In this document: positions 51,401 to 64,000 of the stretch, in pieces
How the letters are laid out: every line of letters starts with the position of its first letter
Position numbering within the stretch: position 1 is the first letter of the stretch
Assembly: GCA_964016885.1 (NCBI GenBank)
Contig: OZ024741.1
Coordinates: forward strand, 4,278,001 to 4,342,000
Direction of reading: 5' to 3'
DNA from: Eledone cirrhosa
Lineage: Eukaryota
DNA: 64,000 nt
The notes under the pieces: generated by a model
The model's input: the letters and a program-made list of their open reading frames with translations, nothing else
Told to the model about the DNA's origin: nothing
The model's database searches: none
Program-made: the position numbers and the translations under genes

Positions 51401-52851
51401 AGTAACCTACTGTTGGACTATCAGAGATAGTTGGTGTGATGTAGGAACTAGTAACCTACTGTAGGACTATCAGAGATAGTTGGTGTGATGTAGGAACTAG
51501 TAACCTACTGTAGGACTATCAGAGGTAGTTGGTGTGATGTAGGAACTAGTAGCCTGCTGTAGGACTATCAGAGATAGTTACTGTGATGTAAGAACTAATA
51601 AACTAGTGTTGGATTATCAGAGATAGTTGGTGTGATGTAGGAACTAGTAATCTACTGTAGGACTATCAGAGATAGTTGTTGTGATGTATGAACTAGTAAC
51701 CTACTGTTGGACTATCAGAGATAGTTGGTGATGTAGGAACTAGTAACCTACTGTAGGACTATCAGAGATAGTTGCTGTAATGCAGGAACTAGTCACCTAC
51801 TGTAGGCCTATCTGAGATAGTTACTGTGATATAGGAACTAGTAACCTACTGTTAGACTATCAGAGATAGTTACTGTGATGTAAGAACTAATAACCTCCTG
51901 TATGACTATCAGAGATAGTTGGTGTGATGTAGGAACTAGTAACCTACTGTAGGACTATGAGAGATAGTTGCTGTGATGCAGGAACTAGTAACCTAATGTA
52001 GGATTATTAGAGATAGTTACTGTGATGTAGGAACTAGTAACCTACTGTTAGACTATCAGAGATAGTTACTGTTATGTAAGAACTAGTAACCTACCGTAGG
52101 ACTATCAGAGATAGTTACTGTGATATAGGAACTAGTAACCTACTGTTGGACTATCAGAGATAGTTACCATGATGTAGGAACTAGTAACCTACTGTTGGAC
52201 TATCAGAGATAGTTACTGTGATGTAGGAACTAGTAACCTACTGTTGGACTATCAGAGATAGTTACTGTGATGTAGGAACTAGTAACCTACTGTTGGACTA
52301 TCAAAGATAGTTGGTGTGATGTAGGAACTAGTAACCTACTGTAGGACTATCAGAGATAGTTGGTGTGATGTAGGAACTAGTAACCTACTGTAGGACTATC
52401 AGAGATAGTTACTGTGATGTAGGAACTAGTAACCTACTGTTGGACTATAAGAGATAGTTGGTGTGATGTAGGAACTAGTAACCTACTTTTGGACTATCAG
52501 AGATAGTTGGTGTGATGTAGGAACTAGTAATCTACAGTAGGACTATCAGAGATAGTTGGTGATGTAGGAACTAGTAACCTACTGTAGGACTATCAGAGAT
52601 AGTTACTGTGATGTAGGAACTAGTAACCTAATGTAGGACTATCAGAGATAGTTACTGTGATGTAAGAACTAGTAACCTACTGTAGGACTATCAGAGATAG
52701 TTGGTGTGATGTAGGAACTAGTAACCTACTGTAGGACTATAAGAGATAGTTGTTGTGATGTATGAACTAGTAACCTAGTGTTGGACTATCAGAGATAGTT
52801 ACTGTCATGTAGGAACTAGTAACCTACTGTAGGACTATCAGAGATAGTTGC

Positions 52852-55800
52852 TGTGATGCAGGAACTAGTAACCTACTGTAGGCCTATCAGAGATAGTTAC
52901 TGTGATATAGGAACTAGTAACCTACTGTTGGACTATCAGAGATAGTTGGTGTGATGTAGGAACTAGTAACCTACTGTAGGACTATCAGAGATAGTTGGTG
53001 TAATGTAGGAACTAGTAACCTACTGTAGGACTGTCAGAGATAGTTGGTGTGATGTAGGAACTAGTAACCTACTGTAGGACCGTCAGAGATAGTTGGTGTG
53101 ATGTAGGAACTAGTAACCTACTGTAGGACTATCAGAGATAGTTGGTGTGATGTAGGAACTAGTAACCTACTGTAGGACTATCAGAGATAGTTGGTGTGAT
53201 GTAGGAACTAGTAACCTACTGTAGGACTATCAGAGATAGTTACTGTGATGTAGGAACTAGTAACCTACTGTTGGACTATCAGAGATAGTTGGTGTGATGT
53301 AGGAACTAGTAACCTACTGTTGGACTATCAGAGATAGTTGGTGAGATGTAGGAACTAGTAACCTACTGTTGTAGTATCAGAGATAGTTACTGTGATGTAG
53401 GAACTAGTAACCTACTGTTGGACTATCAGAGATAGTTGGTGTGATGTAGTAACTAGTAATGTACTGTAGGACTGTCAGAGATAGTTAGTGTGATGTAGGA
53501 ACTAGTAACCTACTGTTGTAGTATCAGAGATAGTTACTGTGATGTAGGAACTAGTAACCTACTGTAGGACTATCAGAGATAGTTACTGTGATGTAGGAAC
53601 TAGTAACCTACTGTTGGACTATCAGAGATAGTTGGTGGGTTGTAGGAACTAGTAACCTAGTGTAGGACTATTAGAGATAGTTGGTGTGATGTATGAACTA
53701 GTAACCTACTGTAGGACTATCAGAGATAGTTACTGTGATGTAGGAACTAGTAACCTACTGTTGGACTATCACTAATAGTTGGTGGGTTGTAGGAACTAGT
53801 AACCTAGTGTAGGACTATTAGAGATAGTTGGTGTGATGTAGGAACTAGTAACCTACTGTAGGAGTATCAGAGATAGTTGGTGTGATGAAGGAACTAGTAA
53901 CCTACCTTTGGACTATCAGAGATAGTCACTGTGATGTATGAACTAGTAACCTACTGTAGGACTATCAGAGATAGTTACTGTGATGTAGGAACTAGTAACC
54001 TACTGTTGGACTATCAGAGATAGTTACTGTGATGTAGGAACTAGTAACCTACTGTAGGCCTATCAGAGATAGTTGGTGTGATGAAGGATCCAGTAACCTA
54101 CTGTTGGACTATCAGAGATAGTTACTGTGATGTAGGAACTAGTAACCTACTGTTGGACTATCAGAGATAGTTGGTGTGATGTAGAAACTAGTAACCTACT
54201 GTTGGACTATCAGAGATAGTTACTGTGATGTAGGAACTAGTAACCTACTGTAGGACTATCAGAGATAGTTACTGTGATGTAGGAACTAGTAACCTACTGT
54301 AGGACTATCAGAGATAGTTACTGTGATGTAGGAACTAGTAACCTACTGTTGGACTATCAGAGATAGTTACTGTGATGTAGGAACTAGTAACCTTGTGTAA
54401 AACTATCAGAGATAGTTACTGTGATGTAAGAACTAGTAACCTACTGTTTGACTATGAGAGATAGTTACTGTGATGTAGGAAATAGTAATCTACTGTAGGA
54501 CTATCAGAGATAGTTACTGTGATGTAGGAACTAGTAACCTTGTGTAAAACTATCAGAGATAGTTACTGTGATGTAAGAACTAGTAACCTACTGTTGGACT
54601 ATCAGAGATAGTTACTGGGATGTAGGAACTAGTAACCTACTGTTGGACTATCAGAGATAGTTACTGGGATGTAGTAAATAGTAATCTACTGTTGGACTAT
54701 CAGAGATAGTTACTGTGATGTAGGAACTAGTAACCTACTGTAGGACTATCAGAGATAGTTGTTGTGATGCAGGAACTAGTAACCTACTGTAGGACTATCA
54801 GAGATAGTTACTGTGATGTAGGAACTAGTAACCTACTGTAGGACTATCTGAGATAGTTGCTGTGATGCAGGAACTAGTAACCTACTGTAGGACTGTCAGA
54901 GATAGTTACTGTGATGTAGCAACTAGTAATCTACCGTTGGACTATCAGAGATAGTTACTGTGATGTAGGAACTAGTAACCTACTATAGGACTATCAGAAA
55001 TAGTTACTGTGATGTAAGAACTAGTAACCTACTGTAGGACTATCAGAGATAGTTACTGTGATGTAGGAACTAGTAACCTACTGTAGGACTATCAGAGATA
55101 TTTACTGTAATGAAGAACTAGTAACCTACTGTTGGACTATCGGAGATAGTTACCGGGATGTAGGAACTAGTAACCAACTGTTGTAGTATCAGAGATAGTT
55201 GGTGTGATGTAGGAACTAGTAACCTACTGTTGGACTATCAGAGATAGTTGGTGTGATGTAGGAACTAGTAACCTACTGTAGGACTATCAGAGATAGTTGG
55301 TGTGATGCAGGAACTAGTAACCTACTGTAGGCCTATCAGAGATAGTTACTGTGATATAGGAACTAGTAACCTACTGTTGGACTATCAGAGATAGTTGGTG
55401 TGATGTAGGAACTAGTAACCTACTGTAGGACTATCAGAGATAGTTGGTGTAATGTAGGAACTAGTAACCTACTGTAGGACTGTCAGAGATAGTTGGTGTG
55501 ATGTAGGAACTAGTAACCTACTGTAGGACCGTCAGAGATAGTTGGTGTGATGTAGGAACTAGTAACCTACTGTAGGACTATCAGAGATAGTTGGTGTGAT
55601 GTAGGAACTAGTAACCTACTGTAGGACTATCAGAGATAGTTGGTGTGATGTAGGAACTAGTAACCTACTGTAGGACTATCAGAGATAGTTACTGTGATGT
55701 AGGAACTAGTAACCTACTGTTGGACTATCAGAGATAGTTGGTGTGATGTAGGAACTAGTAACCTACTGTTGGACTATCAGAGATAGTTGGTGAGATGTAG

Positions 55801-57749
55801 GAACTAGTAACCTACTGTTGTAGTATCAGAGATAGTTACTGTGATGTAGGAACTAGTAACCTACTGTTGGACTATCAGAGATAGTTGGTGTGATGTAGTA
55901 GCTAGTAATGTACTGTAGGACTGTCAGAGATAGTTAGTGTGATGTAGGAACTAGTAACCTACTGTTGTAGTATCAGAGATAGTTACTGTGATGTAGGAAC
56001 TAGTAACCTACTGTAGGACTATCAGAGATAGTTACTGTGATGTAGGAACTAGTAACCTACTGTTGGACTATCAGAGATAGTTGGTGGGTTGTAGGAACTA
56101 GTAACCTAGTGTAGGACTATTAGAGATAGTTGGTGTGATGTATGAACTAGTAACCTACTGTAGGACTATCAGAGATAGTTACTGTGATGTAGGAACTAGT
56201 AACCTACTGTTGGACTATCACTAATAGTTGGTGGGTTGTAGGAACTAATAACCTAGTGTAGGACTATTAGAGATAGTTGGTGTGATGTAGGAACTAGTAA
56301 CCTACTGTAGGAGTATCAGAGATAGTTGGTGTGATGAAGGAACTAGTAACCTACCTTTGGACTATCAGAGATAGTCACTGTGATGTATGAACTAGTAACC
56401 TACTGTAGGACTATCAGAGATAGTTACTGTGATGTAGGAACTAGTAACCTACTGTTGGACTATCAGAGATAGTTACTGTGATGTAGGAACTAGTAACCTA
56501 CTGTAGGCCTATCAGAGATAGTTGGTGTGATGAAGGATCTAGTAACCTACTGTTGGACTATCAGAGATAGTTACTGTGATGTAGGAACTAGTAACCTACT
56601 GTTGGACTATCAGAGATAGTTGGTGTGATGTAGAAACTAGTAACCTACTGTTGGACTATCAGAGATAGTTACTGTGATGTAGGAACTAGTAACCTACTGT
56701 AGGACTATCAGAGATAGTTACTGTGATGTAGGAACTAGTAACCTACTGTAGGACTATCAGAGATAGTTACTGTGATGTAGGAACTAGTAACCTACTGTTG
56801 GACTATCAGAGATAGTTACTGTGATGTAGGAACTAGTAACCTTGTGTAAAACTATCAGAGATAGTTACTGTGATGTAAGAACTAGTAACCTACTGTTTGA
56901 CTATGAGAGATAGTTACTGTGATGTAGGAAATAGTAATCTACTGTAGGACTATCAGAGATAGTTACTGTGATGTAGGAACTAGTAACCTTGTGTAAAACT
57001 ATCAGAGATAGTTACTGTGATGTAAGAACTAGTAACCTACTGTTGGACTATCAGAGATAGTTACTGGGATGTAGGAACTAGTAACCTACTGTTGGACTAT
57101 CAGAGATAGTTACTGGGATGTAGTAAATAGTAATCTACTGTTGGACTATCAGAGATAGTTACTGTGATGTAGGAACTAGTAACCTACTGTAGGACTATCA
57201 GAGATAGTTGTTGTGATGCAGGAACTAGTAACCTACTGTAGGACTATCAGAGATAGTTACTGTGATGTAGGAACTAGTAACCTACTGTAGGACTATCTGA
57301 GATAGTTGCTGTGATGCAGGAACTAGTAACCTACTGTAGGACTGTCAGAGATAGTTACTGTGATGTAGCAACTAGTAATCTACCGTTGGACTATCAGAGA
57401 TAGTTACTGTGATGTAGGAACTAGTAACCTACTATAGGACTATCAGAGATAGTTACTGTGATGTAAGAACTAGTAACCTACTGTAGGACTATCAGAGATA
57501 GTTACTGTGATGTAGGAACTAGTAACCTACTGTAGGACTATCAGAGATATTTACTGTAATGAAGAACTAGTAACCTACTGTTGGACTATCGGAGATAGTT
57601 ACCGGGATGTAGGAACTAGTAACCAACTGTTGTAGTATCAGAGATAGTTGGTGTGATGTAGGAACTAGTAACCTACTGTTGGACTATCAGAGATAGTTGG
57701 TGTGATGTAGGAACTAGTAACCTACTGTAGGACTATCAGAGATAGTTGG
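52852..57749. repeat. Tandem duplication, 2449-bp unit (50 monomers -1 bp)
   Basis: ACTAATAGTT 53771/56220 and TACCTTTGG 53903/56352. The rare CTGTTTGACT variant occurs in both copies. Confidence 0.8.
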
Positions 57750-59729
57750 TGTGATGTAGGAACTAGTAACCTACTGTAGGACTATCAGAGATAGTTACTG
57801 TGATGTAGGAACTAGTAGCCTGCTGTAGGACTATAAGAGATTGTTGGTGTGATGTAAGAACTAGTAACCTACTGTAGGACTATCAGAGATATTTACTGTA
57901 ATGAAGAACTAGTAACCTACTGTAGGATTATCAGAGATAGTTACCGGCATGTAGGAACTAGTAACCTACTGTTGTAGTATCAGAGAAAGTTGGTGTGATG
58001 TACGAACTAGTAACCTACTGTTGGACTATCAGAGATAGTTGGTGTGATGTAGGAACTAGTAACCTACTATAGGACTATCAGAGATAGTTGGTGTGATGTA
58101 GGAACTAGTAACCTACTGTAGGACTATCAGAGGTAGTTGGTGTGATGTAGGAACTAGTAACCTACTGTAGGATTATCAGAGATAGTTGGTGTGATGTAGG
58201 AACTAGTAACCTACTGTTGGACTATCAGAGATAGTTGGTGTAATGTAAGAACTAGTAACCTACTGTAGGACTGTTAGAGATAGTTACTGTGATGTAAGAA
58301 CTAATAAACTAGTGTTGGACTATCAGAGATAGTTGGTGTGATGTAGGAACTAGTAATCTACTGTAGGACTATCAGAGATAGTTGTTGTGATGTATGAACT
58401 AGTAACCTACTGTTGGACTATCAGAGATAGTTGGTGATGTAGGAACTAGTAACCTACTGTAGGACTATCAGAGATAGTTGCTGTGATGCAGGAACTAGTA
58501 ACCTACTGTAGGCCTATCAGAGATAGTTACTGTGATATAGGAACTAGTAACCTACTGTAGGACTATCAGAGATAGTTACTGTGATGTAAGAACTAATAAC
58601 CTCCTGTATGACTATCAGAGATAGTTGGTGTGATGTAGGAACTAGTAACCTACTGTAGGACTATGAGAGATAGTTGCTGTGATGCAGGAACTAGTAACCT
58701 AATGTAGGATTATTAGAGATAGTTACTGTTATGTAAGAACTAGTAACCTACCGTAGGACTATCAGAGATAGTTACTGTGATATAGGAACTAGTAACCTAC
58801 TGTTGGACTATCAGAGATAGTTACCGTGATGTAGGAACTAGTAACCTACTGTTGGACTATCAGAGATAGTTACTGTGATGTAGGAACTAGTAACCTACTG
58901 TTGGACTATCAGAGATAGTTACTGTGATGTAGGAACTAGTAACCTACTGTTGGACTATCAGAGATAGTTGGTGTGATGTAGGAACTAGTAACCTACTGTA
59001 GGACTATCAGAGATAGTTGGTGTGATGTAGGAACTAGTAACCTACTGTAGGACTATCAGAGATAGTTACTGTGATGTAGGAACTAGTAACCTACTGTTGG
59101 ACTATAAGAGATAGTTGGTGTGATGTAGGAACTAGTAACCTACTTTTGGACTATCAGAGATAGTTGGTGTGATGTAGGAACTAGTAATCTACAGTAGGAC
59201 TATCAGAGATAGTTGGTGATGTAGGAACTAGTAACCTACTGTAGGACTATCAGAGATAGTTACTGTGATGTAGGAACTAGTAACCTAATGTAGGACTATC
59301 AGAGATAGTTACTGTGATGTAAGAACTAGTAACCTACTGTAGGACTATCAGAGATAGTTGGTGTGATGTAGGAACTAGTAACCTACTGTAGGACTATAAG
59401 AGATAGTTGTTGTGATGTATGAACTAGTAACCTAGTGTTGGACTATCAGAGATAGTTACTGTCATGTAGGAACTAGTAACCTACTGTAGGACTATCAGAG
59501 ATAGTTGCTGTGATGCAGGAACTAGTAACCTACTGTAGGCCTATCAGAGATAGTTACTGTGATATAGGAACTAGTAACCTACTGTTGGACTATCAGAGAT
59601 AGTTGGTGTGATGTAGGAACTAGTAACCTACTGTAGGACTATCAGAGATAGTTGGTGTAATGTAGGAACTAGTAACCTACTGTAGGAATGTCAGAGATAG
59701 TTGGTGTGATGTAGGAACTAGTAACCTAC

Positions 59730-62700
59730 TGTAGGACCGTCAGAGATAGTTGGTGTGATGTAGGAACTAGTAACCTACTGTAGGACTATCAGAGATAGTT
59801 GGTGTGATGTAGGAACTAGTAACCTACTGTAGGACTATCAGAGATAGTTGGTGTGATGTAGGAACTAGTAACCTACTGTAGGACTATCAGAGATAGTTAC
59901 TGTGATGTAGGAACTAGTAACCTACTGTTGGACTATCAGAGATAGTTGGTGTGATGTAGGAACTAGTAACCTACTGTTGGACTATCAGAGATAGTTGGTG
60001 TGATGTAGGAACTAGTAACCTACTGTTGGACTATCAGAGATAGTTGGTGTGATGTAGGAACTAGTAACCTACTGTTGGACTATCAGAGATAGTTGGTGTG
60101 ATGTAGGAACTAGTAACCTACTGTTGGACTATCAGAGATAGTTGGTGTGATGTAGGAACTAGTAACCTACTGTTGGACTATCAGAGATAGTTGGTGTGAT
60201 GTAGGAACTAGTAACCTACTGTAGGACTGTCAGAGATAGTTGGTGAGATGTAGGAACTAGTAACCTACTGTTGTAGTATCAGAGATAGTTACTGTGATGT
60301 AGGAACTAGTAACCTACTGTTGGACTATCAGAGATAGTTGGTGTGATGTAGTAACTAGTAATGTACTGTAGGACTGTCAGAGATAGTTGGTGTGATGTAG
60401 GCACTAGTAACCTACTGTTGTAGTATCAGAGATAGTTACTGTGATGTAGGAACTAGTAACCTACTGTAGGACTATCAGAGATAGTTGGTGTGATGTAGGA
60501 ACTAGTAACCTACTGTTGGACTATCAGAGATAGTTGGTGGGTTGTAGGAACTAGTAACCTAGTGTAGGACTATTAGAGATAGTTGGTGTGATGTATGAAC
60601 TAGTAACCTACTGTAGGACTATCAGAGATAGTTACTGTGATGTAGGAACTAGTAACCTACTGTTGGACTATCACTGATAGTTGGTGGGTTGTAGGAACTA
60701 GTAACCTAGTGTAGGACTATTAGAGATAGTTGGTGTGATGTAGGAACTAGTAACCTACTGTAGGAGTATCAGAGATAGTTGGTGTGATGAAGGAACTAGT
60801 AACCTACCTTTGGACTATCAGAGATAGTCACTGTGATGTATGAACTAGTAACCTACTGTTGGACTATCAGAGATAGTTACTGTGATGTAGGAACTAGTAA
60901 CCTACTGTAGGCCTATCAGAGATAGTTGGTGTGATGAAGGATCTAGTAACCTACTGTTGGACTATCAGAGATAGTTACTGTGATGTAGGAACTAGTAACC
61001 TACTGTTGGACTATCAGAGATAGTTGGTGTGATGTAGAAACTAGTAACCTACTGTTGGACTATCAGAGATAGTTACTGTGATGTAGGAACTAGTAACCTA
61101 CTGTAGGACTATCAGAGATAGTTACTGTGATGTAGGAACTAGTAACCTACTGTAGGACTATCAGAGATAGTTACTGTGATGTAGGAACTAGTGACCTACT
61201 GTTGGACTATCAGAGATAGTTACTGTGATGTAGGAACTAGTAACCTTGTGTAAAACTATCAGAGATAGTTACTGTGATGTAAGAACTAGTAACCTACTGT
61301 TGGACTATGAGAGATAGTTACTTTGATGTAGGAAATAGTAATCTACTGTAGGACTATCAGAGATAGTTACTGTGATGTAGGAACTAGTAACCTTGTGTAA
61401 AACTATCAGAGATAGTTACTGTGATGTAAGATCTAGTAAACTACTGTTGGACTATCAGAGATAGTTACTGGGATGTAGGAACTAGTAACCTACTGTTGGA
61501 CTATCAGAGATAGTTACTGGGATGTAGTAAATAGTAATCTACTGTTGGACTATCAGAGATAGTTACTGTGATGTAGGAACTAGTAACCTACTGTAGGACT
61601 ATCAGAGATAGTTGCTGTGATGCAGGAACTAGTAACCTACTGTAGGACTATCAGAGATAGTTACTGTGATGTAGGAACTAGTAACCTACTGTAGGACTAT
61701 CTGAGATAGTTGCTGTGATGCAGGAACTAGTAACCTACTGTAGGACTGTCAGAGATAGTTACTGTGATGTAGCAACTAGTAATCTACCGTTGGACTATCA
61801 GAGATAGTTACTGTGATGTAGGAACTAGTAACCTACTATAGGACTATCAGAGATAGTTACTGTGATGTAAGAACTAGTAACCTACTGTAGGACTATCAGA
61901 GATAGTTACTGTGATGTAGGAACTAGTAACCTACTGTAGGACTATCAGAGATATTTACTGTAATGAAGAACTAGTAACCTACTGTTGGACTATCGGAGAT
62001 AGTTACCGGGATGTAGGAACTAGTAACCAACTGTTGTAGTATCAGAGATAGTTGGTGTGATGTAGGAACTAGTAACCTACTGTTGGACTATCAGAGATAG
62101 TTGGTGTGATGTAGGAACTAGTAACCTACTGTAGGACTATCAGAGATAGTTGGTGTGATGTAGGAACTAGTAACCTACTGTAGGACCGTCAGAGATAGTT
62201 GGTGTGATGTAGGAACTAATAACCTACTGTAGGACTATCAGAGATAGTTGGTGTGATGTAGGAACTAGTAACCTACTGTAGGACTATCAGAGATAGTTGG
62301 TGTGATGTAGGAACTAGTAACCTACTGTAGGACTATCAGAGATAGTTACTGTGATGTAGGAACTAGTAACCTACTGTTGGACTATCAGAGATAGTTGGTG
62401 TGATGTAGGAACTAGTAACCTACTGTTGGACTATCAGAGATAGTTGGTGTGATGTAGGAACTAGTAACCTACTGTTGGACTATCAGAGATAGTTGGTGTG
62501 ATGTAGGAACTAGTAACCTACTGTTGGACTATCAGAGATAGTTGGTGTGATGTAGCAACTAGTAACCTACTGTAGGACTGTCAGAGATAGTTGGTGAGAT
62601 GTAGGAACTAGTAACCTACTGTTGTAGTATCAGAGATAGTTACTGTGATGTAGGAACTAGTAAACTACTGTTGGACTATCAGAGATAGTTGGTGTGATGT

Positions 62701-64000
62701 AGTAACTAGTAACGTACTGTAGGACTGTCAGAGATAGTTGGTGTGATGTAGGAACTAGTAACCTACTGTTGTAGTATCAGAGATAGTTACTGTGATGTAG
62801 GAACTAGTAACCTACTGTAGGACTATCAGAGATAGTTGGTGTGATGTAGGAACTAGTAACCTACTGTTGGACTATCAGAGATAGTTGGTGGGTTGTAGGA
62901 ACTAGTAACCTAGTGTAGGACTATTAGAGATAGTTGGTGTGATGTATGAACTAGTAACCTACTGTAGGACTATCAGAGATAGTTACTGTGATGTAGGAAC
63001 TAGTAACCTACTGTTGGACTATCACTGATAGTTGGTGGGTTGTAGGAACTAGTAACCTAGTGTAGGACTATTAGAGATAGTTGGTGTGATGTAGGAACTA
63101 GTAACCTACTGTAGGAGTATCAGAGATAGTTGGTGTGATGAAGGAACTAGTAACCTACCTTTGGACTATCAGAGATAGTCACTGTGATGTATGAACTAGT
63201 AACCTACTGTTGGACTATCAGAGATAGTTACTGTGATGTAGGAACTAGTAACCTACTGTAGGCCTATCAGAGATAGTTGGTGTGATGAAGGATCTAGTAA
63301 CCTACTGTTGGACTATCAGAGATAGTTACTGTGATGTAGGAACTAGTAACCTACTGTTGGACTATCAGAGATAGTTGGTGTGATGTAGAAACTAGTAACC
63401 TACTGTTGGACTATCAGAGATAGTTACTGTGATGTAGGAACTAGTAACCTACTGTAGGACTATCAGAGATAGTTACAGTGATGTAGGAACTAGTAACCTA
63501 CTGTAGGACTATCAGAGATAGTTACTGTGATGTAGGAACTAGTAACCTACTGTTGGACTATCAGAGATAGTTACTGTGACGTAGGAACTAGTAACCTTGT
63601 GTAAAACTATCAGAGATAGTTACTGTGATGTAAGAACTAGTAACCTACTTTTGGACTATGAGAGATAGTTACTTTGATGTAGGAAATAGTAATCTACTGT
63701 AGGACTATCAGAGATAGTTACTGTGATGTAGGAACTAGTAACCTTGTGTAAAACTATCAGAGATAGTTACTGTGATGTAAGATCTAGTAACCTACTGTTG
63801 GACTATCAGAGATAGTTACTGGGATGTAGGAACTAGTAACCTACTGTTGGACTATCAGAGATAGTTACTGGGATGTAGTAAATAGTAATCTACTGTTGGA
63901 CTATCAGAGATAGTTACTGTGATGTAGGAACTAGTAACCTACTGTAGGACTATCAGAGATAGTTGCTGTGATGCAGGAACTAGTAACCTACTGTAGGACT
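59730..64000. repeat. Tandem duplication with 2449-bp then 2351-bp offset (50 then 48 monomers)
   Basis: GGACCGTC 59734/62183 (2449) and TACCTTTGG 60805/63156 (2351). The 98-bp difference corresponds to a 6-copy versus 4-copy run of identical monomers. Confidence 0.75.

Larger units (their letters stand above)
33578..64000. repeat. 49-bp tandem satellite array, right arm (~621 monomers; runs off the window end)
   Basis: The same monomer in the same orientation resumes as CCTAATGTAGGACTATCAGAG at 33578 and continues unbroken to 64000. Confidence 0.99.

Noticed and set aside
1-64000. CRISPR array
   Set aside because: Monomers are contiguous with no unique spacers, there are no cas genes, and the context is eukaryotic (LINE).
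1-64000. Telomeric repeat or G-quadruplex array
   Set aside because: TAGG/TTGG motifs are dispersed rather than tandem, and GGG tracts occur only in rare variants.

Overview
Eukaryotic (probably animal) satellite DNA. About 98.5% of the window is one head-to-tail, single-orientation array of a 49-bp monomer, consensus ACTAGTAACCTACTGTWGGACTATCAGAGATAGTT(AC/GG)TGTGATGTAGGA (about 39% GC, no CpG, roughly 1,290 copies by length). It is interrupted once, at ~32650-33577, by a ~930-bp 5'-truncated CR1-group non-LTR retrotransposon (LINE) on the minus strand. The fragment carries an uninterrupted RT C-terminal frame starting at the YADD catalytic motif, a ~95-nt 3' UTR with a terminal stem-loop and an (ATT)n tail. 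There is no clear TSD, and the target site appears to have lost 2-4 bp. Rare monomer variants reveal layered higher-order repeats: a 59-mer (2885 bp) on the left, a nested 4-mer, and 13-, 19-, 50-, 81- and 89-mer duplications, with some variants private to one side of the LINE. The monomer is built almost entirely from short inverted repeats. I found no host genes, RNA genes or CRISPR array, and no convincing new protein-coding system. Coordinates and periods were counted by hand.
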